Source: Azolla caroliniana (lineage: Eukaryota; Plantae; Polypodiophyta). From it: a DNA stretch of 64,000 bases. Made by a program: the position numbers and the translations under genes. How positions within the stretch are numbered: position 1 is the stretch's first letter; every line of letters begins with the position of its first letter. The notes below the pieces were generated by a model. It was not told the origin of the DNA, did not search any database, and was given only the letters and a program-made list of their open reading frames with translations. The stretch is from positions 6,386,001-6,450,000 of the forward strand of contig JBHGNT010000005.1 in NCBI GenBank assembly GCA_043228905.1, read 5' to 3'. Below, one piece after another: positions 1 to 10,600 of this stretch.

Positions 1-783
1 TCGCTTAGCACAATCCAAATGGATATCTCGTGGAGTTTGCATGAATTGGCTAAGGAGGCCGATCGGATAGCTCAGGTCGGGTCGAGTGATCGTGAGGTAG
101 ATGAGGCTCCCGATCAGTTGTCGATACTGAGTTGGCTCACACTCTGTGGTGCCGGAGTTGACATCCAGTTTGAGGTTTCGATTGGGGTTGCCACAGATTT
201 GCACTCGGTCATTCCGAACTTGTATAACAAGTTGAGGATGTAGTGCCGTTGAGAGATCATTATTCTAGTTGGAGTTTGGATTACCTCAATGCCAAGGAAG
301 TAATGGAGCTCTTTCATGTCCGTCATCTCGAATTTGTTAGAGAGGAGGGACTTGACCTTGTTGATGTCGACTAGATGCTCACCTCCAATGACCAGATCAT
401 CCACGTATAGGATGATGACAATCAGACTTTCGGAATCGCTTCTTACATAGAGAGAATTGTCAGAACATTCAGAAGCTGATTCGATGAAAATATTGTGTTA
501 TCTTCGAGTGCCAAGCATATGGTGCTTGCTTAAGGCTGTAGAGAGGCTTCTTGAGTCGGCAGACGGCTTTTGGATGAATATTGGATTCGAAGCCGAGTGG
601 TTGTACCATGTATACCTCTTCTAATTCGCCTTGAAGAAAGGCGTTCTTGACATCCATTTGGTGGAGGTGCCACCCTTTCACTGTAGCAAGCGCTATCATG
701 GTCTGCATGGTTGTCATCTTTTCCACCGAGGCAAAGGTCTCTTCATAGTCGACTCCTTGTGTTTGTGCGTAGCCCTTTGCTAC
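1..783 (-). pseudogene. pol: Ty1/copia (Bryco-like) reverse transcriptase fragment, degenerate
   Basis: ORFs 469..789 (VAKGYAQTQGVDYEETF, HQMDVKNAFLQGEL, LYSLKQAP) and 114..404 (YVDDLVI, LHYFLGIEV). Interrupted at 784 by an LTR. Confidence 0.9.
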
Positions 784-1225
784 TGTCATGAGACATATAT
801 TTTGGCCTTACAAGGATTCGAGCCCAAGACATCTTGGTCTATATGTTAGACCTTTAACCATTATAATAACATATATGATGTATAGTTATAACTTATAATA
901 AATGTATTATTAGTTATTACATAGAATACTAAAATATCATAGAACATTCTAGGATATTCCATGATTATATTAAATATCATAAATATCTAAAATATTCTAG
1001 AACATTCTAGAATACTCCATAAGGACTATAAATAGGTGTCTATTCATTCATCACAACTCATTCGGTTCAACACCAATTTGTAGCCCCTTAGCCTACTCTT
1101 TGTAATCCTTGCTCTCTTATAAATTATAATATAAACTCTCTTTCCATTTCTAGTGTTGTCTCTCTCTCTCTCTATACCTTCTATTGTCATCTTATCTTTC
1201 TCTCTCCTATTCTCAAGTCTCGACA
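784..1225 (+). repeat. Solo/orphan LTR related to the Tcn1-like chromovirus LTR at 6026
   Basis: Starts TGTCATGAGA and ends TCTCGACA. TATAAATA near 1027 is followed by GGTTCAAC, then CTAGAACATTCTAGAA motifs and a CT-rich U5, as in 6026-6479. Flanks GCTAC/GTCAC are not a perfect TSD. Confidence 0.8.
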
Positions 1226-2140
1226 GTCACTCATTTCCGTTGGTGTTCGTGTCTGGTGAGGACCTTACATGGTTGCTCACGCCCATTGGTGTTCCAGTTC
1301 CCGGTGAGGACCGCACATGGTCGCTCAAGTCCTCACCAGGATGCGGTTCATTGATATTTTCAACTTTTTTCCAAATGATAACAATCATGAATTTGAGTTT
1401 TCCATTGCAATAGTCCAACAATAATTTACATATTCAATGGTGACTTGACATCTTTCGTCATACTATGTCAACAAAACTTTCTTCAATATTGATGTGGTAC
1501 AAAATATGAACACGCATCCAACATTAACAAGTTCTCAAATGTCATGTGCAATGTTATGCTAGACAATAAATCTTTATATTGTGAAAGTTTTCGAGGCACA
1601 TTCTCATATACCAATGGAAGCTCAAATATGTTGTATGGCACACATTACGTTGATGATAAGATGGAAGAGCACGAATCATTGTACCAAAAAACATCCTTTA
1701 TTTATTATTGTGAACTATGAATAAATTGATGTGAAAAATTGCAAATTCATTGGTGTTGAAATAATGTATAATGGATGTTTGGTTTTCTTATGAGTGTTGA
1801 ATGAGATACATACATCTACTATTGAGATACTGGTGTGTGGCCAAGATATTCTTTCGCAACCCAACATCGATTGTTTGTACATGTAGGGAATACAACCTTT
1901 TTGGGTACCGATTTTTGTGTTGTATCAATTCATTGACTTCTACTTGTGTACACAAAGGGTTGTCCTATCAATAGGTGCCAGGCTCTCTTTTTCTTTTCCA
2001 CTTTAGACCTTGTTGGGAACCAAAAACGAGTATTTCCTTTGAACCAACTTTCAACTTTCATCTCAATCTTTAGGACTTGCCATATTGATTGGAAAACAAA
2101 ACTCAAATGTTTGACCTAGTTCCTCAATACATGAAGATTC

Positions 2141-2765
2141 TGTTAGGAAACAGGTTCCTCTAGATGGGAAAGAGAACATGAGTCGGAGAGAAGAGTAAGC
2201 CGAATCGGTCGACAACAACTCAGTTGAGGCTGAAAAATCGACCGATTCCCTATTCGGTCGAGGCCGAAAATAAGGTAATAATCAATTCGGCTAAAGCCGA
2301 ATCGGTCGTAGTCGACTTAGGGCTATAATTGTAAATAGCCTCAATGTGCCCTCAGTGGGCTATATTTGTAAATAACTCATATTGTGTATTTGAGTATAAA
2401 TATATTTAGGGCAAGTAGTTAGGTATGATTATAATTTATCATCATTGTTATGTAAAGTTATGTTCAGATATAGTTGACTGTGTAAGAGAGAGTGTGTGAG
2501 AGTTAGAAGTAAGTCTGTTGTAGCCGTCTGTGAGACGAAGACAAGCTCGAGGTTGTTGCCTACGAGTCTCCTTGTATCCTCTCATATGTAGTGTAATAGT
2601 TCGGAGTCTGTGGGCTCCCGTGGTTTTTTCCTTTTAGGGTTTTCCACGTAAACATCTTGTGTCTCTGTCTCTTTATTGTCTGTTTCGTTTGCTGTTCTGT
2701 TGTCTTGCACTCTGCGTTCCTCATTTGCACAGTTAACCGGTTGTGGTCGGCTGCATATCGTCATA
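2141..2765 (+). repeat. Solo LTR of a Ty1/copia family, TSD GATTC
   Basis: TGTTAGGAAACAGG...CATA flanked by GATTC (2136-2140 and 2766-2770). Shares the 5' end, GGCTAT..ATAGCC motif and GTGGGCTCCCGTGGTTTT motif with copia LTRs at 24140, 32855 and 58124. Confidence 0.85.
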
Positions 2766-3136
2766 GATTCTGCACCATAAAACTACATAATACAAAGACA
2801 AACAATGGGAATGATCATAAAAAATGTGTTGCACAAAGACAATAATATACATATTTAATCCATATTGTGGGATTTGGAAGCTTCCCAATTCATAATAATA
2901 GGTACAAGCAATGCACATTAGTTCTCATTCATGCTCCCCAAAAACCTAACCCCCTTCAAGCCCTAAGTTCATTTCATATAAACTTGAGCTTGAAGGGTTC
3001 ACACTTTCGTCATATTATTAGTTTCCCACCAAAAGCCAACACAGAATCAAGGGCTTGGGAGCTTACAAACTTCAAATGCATATATGCGGGCATCTACATT
3101 TCAATGATGTTGAAACCCTAGAACTCCATCTCCTAC

Positions 3137-3720
3137 CTAATGGGCATGTATCATGATCCTTGACCCATTCTCCAACATTAACCTATGATCCACAATTTGG
3201 TTTTCATTGAAAGCTCTAGGATCTTTGATCAATGCTTTGTTGATCGCATAAAACTTTCGTAGTGTTTGAAATTGGTAGTGGAGAGAGTTAGGCCATAATG
3301 CCACAATGCTACCTTTCATGCTACACTTGACAAACATTGCTCCACTTCCATTGTCCCTTATTGTGCACTCTTGGATTCTCAATCACCACCATATTGTTCC
3401 TCCCGTGAACTCCAAGACATACTTTGATGTTGGAAACTTGATAGGTATGTGGTGGTAAGGTTGCATGACCTCAACCTCATCAATCCCAGAAAGAGGGATG
3501 ATCATTGAATAATCTTTCAAGTACACCTTGAGGTTTGTGATTGTGATCATTTCAAGCTATTTTATGTTCTCTATTTGAAGGGGCCTTCATCTTGCTCCAA
3601 CTATTTGTGCACCCAACATACTCGAAATCTAAAAGACCAACTTCAATCACTTCTCTCAATTCTTGGTGCAAACCATGAATGTAGTATAGTGCATTATACC
3701 CAACATGGCGTTAGTTTGTT
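3137..3720 (-). pseudogene. Highly decayed Ty1/copia RT/RNase H remnant
   Basis: Manual minus-strand translation gives FMVCTK, then YVLEFTGGTIWW*LRIQECT and (frameshifted) TMEVEQ..VA*KVALW, resembling copia YVFTFAGGAISWRSRLQECT..STTEAEY..AKEALW. Confidence 0.45.
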
Positions 3721-3929
3721 AAGTATCCGAAACCCAATACACCAATTGTAGAGACAATGGCACCAACAAGGGACACCAAGCTCAACAATACTATAGGAAA
3801 AGGTGGATAGAGTAAACCCAATTAGGAATCTTTGTAACAAATGGGCCACCTCGTGTGAAAGGAACCACCACCCTTGTGAAAAGCTATAAAATCCACCCTT
3901 TGGCTTCTGTAGCTAGACTTCTCCAATCT

Positions 3930-4184
3930 TGGGTTTTCTCCTTTCTATTAGTCTATTAAGAGATTTTCTCCTTTGGTTGGCTCGACTTCCTTATTTTGCT
4001 TATCTCCCCCCTTTGTTCTTTCTTCCTCTCCGGCTCCTTGTCCGGTGCTATTACCCGTTTCCGTTATGGTTCTCCCCCTCAAGTGCGACACGTCGAGATG
4101 TTGAATGTCAAGCATCTCTGAAAAGTGCTGCAACTTGTCCGATCCGAGCGGCTCGGTGAAGATGTCAGCGACCTGCCGATCCGT
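3930..4184 (-). pseudogene. pol: Bryco-like copia RNase H C-terminus plus start of 3' region
   Basis: TDRQVADIFTEPLGSDKLQHFSEMLDIQHLDVSHLRGRT matches 38330-38455. Cut at 4185 by a gypsy LTR. Confidence 0.85.
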
Positions 4185-4855
4185 TGTCGTGAGGAAAACC
4201 GTCCCCAGGCGCAAACCGTGTGTAGCGTGTGTGAACCGGCCCTTACACGTGGGCACGCCCCATGTTGTATAGTAGATAGGTAGGCACAAAAGTCAAATCC
4301 TAGGTAGCAATATTCTATAGGGAGAATCGAGGAGTATCTCTGTCCGAAAGGACAGAGAATTAATGTGATGTATACGGGTGAAAACGGTCTCCCTCCTTGA
4401 GATATAAAAGAGAGGGGGATCGCGGGGGGAAAGGTGGACGAAGTGCTGTCGGGCTGGGACCAAGCCCTTCTCTGTCATTCTCCATAGCTTTCCTTTGCGC
4501 AGGTTCTCGAGAGGCTGATTCTACTCCGTGGAACGCCCGTGTGCTTTCGGCAGAATCTCCATCTTTCTCCCCTGCACGCATGGGTGATCAGGCGTCGGTA
4601 TCCGTCTAGCCGACCTGATCGGTTGTAACCGTTTACGTCGTCTGCATACATATATTTAAATACATACACTGGTGTTCTTATACTCTATTCCCCGTTCAAC
4701 TCGTGTCTCCTGTGTTGTTGGGGCGTGTTCCCGTGCACTTCTTTGTCTATACGTGTGTGAGCGTGTCTCTCTCTCTATCCCTTTTCTCCTCTACTCCTTA
4801 GTCCAAGACCCCCGTGGTCCCGCCCTTCTCCACGCACGCGCGTAGCAACGCGACA
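4185..4855 (+). repeat. 5' LTR of G1 gypsy
   Basis: TGTCGTGAGG...CAACGCGACA; direct repeat of 16147-16821. Confidence 0.93.
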
Positions 4856-4860
4856 CCATT

Positions 4861-4878
4861 TGGTGAACCCGACGTGAA
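4861..4878 (+). promoter_or_regulatory. Primer binding site, tRNA-Trp
   Basis: TGGTGAACCCGACGTGAA is the reverse complement of the plant tRNA-Trp 3' end (..TTCACGTCGGGTTCACCA), 5 nt after the LTR. Confidence 0.88.
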
Positions 4879-6025
4879 CAGGCGGTAGAGGAGTAGAAGA
4901 TGAGGGGGTCGGATCTCGCAGAAGCCATGGCTTCGGTTGTGGACCGTATAGTGAGTGCGCGCGAAGGCACCGGCGCCCTTGATAGGGCTATCGAGGCGGT
5001 TGTCGGTACGATCGACCGGTTTAGTGGGAAGGATGCCACGAGCTACTTGGCGTCCTACCGAGTTGAGATGGTAATGAGGGACATTCCGGAAGAGAGGCGT
5101 CTAGCCGGATTCCCTCGAGTGGCGATGCCGGGTATCCATACGGAGGTGCTCGAGGTACGGGCCGAGAGCCGGACTTGGGAGGAGTTCGAAGGTCGGCTCC
5201 TCGAAAAATACGGGCTTGAAGATGCGCTTCGACTTTCGAAGCGGGACTTCATGGAGTGGGTGGAGACCCCCGACAAAGGAAGGAACGCGTCGGTGCTCCT
5301 TCGGGAGTTTGAGGAACGCTTCGCGCGCCTCTCGGTGCTTGACCGGACCATTCTGGACACAAGTCGTGTCCTATTGTTTGTTAAGTCAGTTGACGAGCGG
5401 GATCAGGAGCAAGTAGGCCTCCTATTGGAGACTGATGACGGGCTGACGACCGACTGGGCCGTGGTGAAGAGGGTCTGTGGCCGTTTCGACAAACGCTGGG
5501 AATGGGTTGACAAAGGATCGATAGGGGCGGGCTCGGTCGCAGCAAGGAAGCTCGAGCCAACACCACCAACGCGAAGGGAAGAGACCCGAGATTGGCTCGA
5601 GACCGGATCGGCTTCAACCGGCATGGTCAAGGGCCCGCCCGGGGGAGCAGCTCTGGAGGAACTGACGCGGATGATAAAAGATCTCTAGATCGCCCAAGCA
5701 TGGAGGGACGGTGGCGAACAGGCCCGTGACCGACGACCTCTGGCTGGAAACAGGTGCATGTGGTGTGACGCAGTTGGCCACATCCAGAAGGACTGCGGGG
5801 ACTTCGCCGAGGCGATGAGAAGCAACGTGGTGTACCTATGGAACGGTCGGGTGCACGCCAGCGAGACCCGAAGGCCCTTGGACCTGAACATCGAGTGAGG
5901 AGGTATGAAAAGGCTGATGGAGGAGGCGGCGGCTCGTCACGCGGAGACCGTCCACTATTCGGCGTCGGCTGGTATTCGGGTCGGAGGTGGCGAGGCCCCG
6001 AAGACGAACAACGCCGGGTTCTGGC

Positions 6026-6479
6026 TGTCATGATATGGCAAGACTCGAACCCATGACCTTATGCTACATGGGTCGAGCTCTTACCATTAGACTATGAATT
6101 GTAATTTGTAGGATATTATTTTCATTTATGCTTTATCATAGAAAATTGATGTATATTCCAGATCTCTCTAGAACATTCTAGAAGCTTCAGGATTATTCCT
6201 AAAAACAATATAAAAGGAGGCACAAGGCATTGTTTTGAACCAAATTGGTTCAACGCCAGTCTTAAGCCTCTTAGCCGATTGTACTTATCTTTTCACATAA
6301 TATAAGAGCTGTTGTCATCATCCTTCTCTCTCTCTCATTCTCGTTATCTCTCTCTCTCTCTCTCTCTCCTCTTCTCACTTCCTCTCTCGGGAATCTTACG
6401 CAGTCCCGTCCCCTTAGTACTAATAGTACTGCTCTTCTTTAGTACTAATTCCATCTCTGCTTTAGTACTATTCCTGACA
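6026..6479 (+). repeat. 5' LTR of chromovirus
   Basis: TGTCATGA...CCTGACA; TATAAAA at 6209-6215. Confidence 0.95.
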
Positions 6480-6481
6480 GT

Positions 6482-6493
6482 TTGAACCAATTT
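6482..6493 (+). promoter_or_regulatory. Self-priming (Tf1-type) PBS
   Basis: TTGAACCAATTT is the reverse complement of LTR 6242-6253 AAATTGGTTCAA, about 30 nt downstream of the TATA box. No TGG tRNA-type PBS is present. Confidence 0.8.
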
Positions 6494-6519
6494 TCTCCTC
6501 CTACCCTTTTCCCTATACT

Positions 6520-7677
6520 ATGGCTACTGTTAGCGCCCAAGAATATCAATCCGTTTTCTCCGAGCTACAATGCTTAAAAGAAAAATTTGTTGCCTTGGAA
6601 CAAGAAAACCAACAGTTGATAGGGGATCTGCAACAAATCGCTCTAGAAAAGCAACAAACGCAGCAACATCATGGGGAGTTAGCGTTACGGGTGCAACAAC
6701 TCGAAGCGGCATTGCAACAACAAGGATCAAGTCCCCAAGGATTTCATAAAGAGCCGAAGATTGGACTTCCTGTGAAATTTGATGGAACGCGATTGCAATT
6801 CAGGGGATTCCTTAATCAGGTACGATTAGTCCTCCAAATGCATCCTTCCCGATACCCCACTGATGCATCCCGAGTCGGCTTAATAGGCACATTGCTTAGC
6901 GGCTCAACCTTAGCATGGTTTGCTCCGCTTCTAGAAAAACAATCGCCCTTGCTTAATAACTTTGAAGATTTTATTAGTGAGTTCAAAGCCTGCTTTGGAG
7001 ACATCGATAGCATCAGGACGGCGATCAACAAGATCCGGCGATTGGGTCAAGGCGATCGTCCAGCCTCTGCCTACGCGGTGGATTTCTGCCTACTCGCTTC
7101 AGACATACCCTGGGATGATCAAGCACTAATGGAGTAGTTTCGCTATGGCCTGCGAAACGATGTCAAAGATCTACTTCTAACTTTCCCCGAAGAATCAAAG
7201 TCTCTTACGGAGGCAATCAGTCGAGCAGTCCGATGTGACAACCGCCTTTTCGAACGACGTTTGGAACGTCAATTACAGATACCACGCGCTAGGCCGGAGC
7301 CCACTTACGCCGCAGTCGCGGCTAAACCGTTTGCACGAGACATACCTCAAGCAAATACTTCGACACCGATGGAGATCGATACCATGCGTCGACGCAGCTC
7401 GTTATCGGAAGAAGAAAAGTAACAACGACGTGCAAATCGATTATGTCTTTATTGCGGTGGACCAGGGCATATCACAATCAATTGTCCCCATAGGCCAAGA
7501 AGACAGGTAAATCAAATTGTAGCATGTACTAAACCCGAGTCAATTCTTCCCTTAGGAGTGTCTGATAGTATTAATAGTACTAATAGAGTGTTTGATAGTA
7601 TTCATAGTACTAATAGCCCAAGTATCTCGAATAAATTTGAAATCCTTAGTCAATTAGATGAAGAGTTAAACGATTGA
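6520..7677 (+). pseudogene. gag: Chromovirus gag (coiled coil, capsid, CCHC), with internal stops
   Basis: KEPKIGLPVKFDGTR..FRGFLNQ; PMEID; LCLYCGGPGHITINCP. Premature TAG at 7135. Confidence 0.9.
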
Positions 7678-10600
7678 GTCCAGCCAAAATAGGAGCCGTT
7701 TGGTTAGATAACAACCCTAGATCTGTACAGCCCATTAGTGGTTCCATTCCTTCCAAGCAAGTTAGCAATGTGTTCCTAGCCCAAGTCATTGTTAGTACTG
7801 AAAGTACTCCCCCAGTACCCGTCCTAGCACTTTTAGATTCCGGAGCTAATTCATGTTTCATGGATCGAAATTTTGCCCAAGCTTCTCAGATATCCTTAAG
7901 AAAACTTCCTTGTCCCGCATCTGTAGTAGTCATTGATGGTCATCCCATTGCTTCCGGGAATATTGTAGAAGAATCAGAACCCATTCAAGTTGTCCTAGGT
8001 AGTTTTGTGTGTGTAATATCATTTAATATAATTAGTAGTCCAGAGCATCCCATTGTCCTAGGATTACCTTGGTTTGAATTACATAATCCAGCCATAGATT
8101 GGAGAACAAGAGAAGTCTGATATCGACCACCCCAAGAATCAACTCACCGAGTTTCGACCATTTCACTCCATCAACTACGCGAAGAAGGACCCAAGGAGGC
8201 AATGTTCCTATTTGCAATATCAGTACATCCTTCCAGCACTATTAAGAAGGACTCCTCAGTACAACTTCCAGCAAAATATCATCCTTATGCCGATGTATTT
8301 GACAAGGTAAAAGCCGGTACCCTTCCTCATCACCGTCCCTATGACTGTCCCATCGATTTACAACCAGGAACCGAGCCACCATGGGGAACAATTTACAACT
8401 TGTCACCCACCGAGTTAGAAGTCCTTCGAACCTACATAGAGGAGAACTTGGCAAGCGGGTTCATCCGTCATTCAAAATCTCCGGCCGGTGCACCCATCTT
8501 CTTTGTCAAGAAGAAAGATGGCTCACTTCGTCTTGTCGTTGATTACCGCAGATTGAATAAAGTCACCATCCGGAATAGGTATGCACTTCCTCTTATATCA
8601 AGTCTTTTAGAGCGAGTTAATGGTGCCAAGTTTTTTACTAAAATCGACCTACGAGGAGCGTATAACCTCGTGCGGATCCGACTGGGAGATGAATGGAAGA
8701 CCGCCTTTCGCACGCGGTATGGGCATTTCGAGTATACTGTTATGCCGTTCGGCCTACCAATGCACCCGCAATCTTCCAACACATGGCAAATGATATATTC
8801 AGAGACCTCTTGGATATCTGTTTGATCATTTATCTGGATGATCTATTGATTTATTCGAAGACCCAGGAAGAGCACGATTCTCATGTACTATTAGTATTAA
8901 AGCGACTCCGCGAGCATGGTCTTTATGCCAAGCTAGAAAAATGTAGCTTTGACTGCAAGCAAGTGGAATTTCTAGGCTACGTCATATCCTCAAAGGGCAT
9001 CGCCATGGATCCAGCTAAAATCCAAACTGTACTAGAGTGGCAAATTCCACGGTCGGTACGAGATGTACAATGTTTTCTACGTTTTGCTAACTTCTACCAT
9101 AAGTTTATACAGGATTACTCGAAGATTATTTTACCTCTCACACAACTTACGAAGAAGGGCCAAGCATTTCTTTGGTCCATAGAAGCAGATATGGCTTTTC
9201 GGCATCTTAAGAAAGCCTTTACATTAGCGCCGATTCTAGCTCATGTGGATACAAGCAAACCATTCATCATGGAGGCCGACGCATCAGATTTCGCCCTCGG
9301 TAGCATCCTTTCTCAACAAGGAGATAAAGAAGAGTTGCATCCGGTGGCTTTCCATTCGCGCAAATTCGATGTCGCAGAAATCAACTACGAAATACATGAC
9401 AAGGAGTTATTAGCCATCATGGATTCATTTGTACAATGGCGGCATTTCTTAGAGGGCTCTCCACATCAGGTCATTGTCTTTAGCGATCATAAAAATCTTA
9501 CTTATTTTCAGAACGCTCGCGTACTAAATCGACGACAAGCTCGGTGGGCGCAATTCCTCACGCGTTTCGACTTCAAAATCACATATCGACTGGGGAAGCA
9601 GCAAGGAAAAGCAAATGCACTATCATGACGTTCATATCTTGCACCTCGTCCTGGTGATGCAACATTTGATAATCAAAAGCAAGTAATCTTGGGACCAACA
9701 CGATTGCACACGACGCGGATTTTTCACACCCCAATGGATTCACGGATTACCGATGACATACGTGCAACCTTGAAGACGGATAGTTTTGCTCAAGACATCC
9801 TGGCGCACATTGATACTTCTCGGGCATCCTGTTCTCGGTCTCAACAACCAGGTATTGACTACCGACAATTCGAATATCATGATGGTTTGTTATTCTTTAA
9901 AAAGCGCGTATAGGTCCCCGATTGCTCCTGTCGCCTTCAAATTGTCTAGCATTGTCACGACACCCATATGGCGGGACATTTCGGTAGTACTAAGATGTTG
10001 GAGCTAGTGCAACGATCTTTTTGGTGGCCCCACATGCGCCGTTTTGTCGACGACTACGTTCGGACCTGTGATGCTTGCTGCCGAGCAAAGATGCCACGAC
10101 ACCATCCATATGGCTTGTTGGAACCCTTACCGATTCCAAGTAAGCCGTGGCAGTCTATTTGTCTTGATTTTATCACAGATCTGCTGGTCTCGAAGGGGTT
10201 CGATGCTATCCTAACCGTCGTCGATCGATATACGAAGATGGCACATTTTGTGCCGTGTACTAAAGCCATCACTAGCGAGGAAACCACCGCCCTTGTTATG
10301 CGTGAGGTATTTCGGCATCATGGCCTCCCAGACAGTATCATCAGTGATCGAGGACCACAATTTGTCTCCAAATTTTGGCAACATCTCTTCAAGATGCTCA
10401 AGGTCTCCTACAATCTCTCCTCCGGCTACCATCCTCAGACCAACGGGCAGGCGGAACGAACAAACCAAACACTGGAGCAATATCTCCGGTGTTTCCTGAG
10501 TTATCAATAGGACGATTGGGCCGAGATTCTCCACTTTGCGGAGTTTGCATATAATAATGCTATTCACTCCTCGATTCGAGTCTCCCCATTTTTCACTTAT

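Noticed and set aside
1255-1330. 48-bp tandem duplication GGTGAGGACC..ACATGG
   Set aside because: Probably part of a copia IN-RT linker; only two copies and no further structure.
6030-6101. Functional tRNA gene
   Set aside because: Acceptor, anticodon and T stems do not pair properly; reported only as a tRNA-like module.
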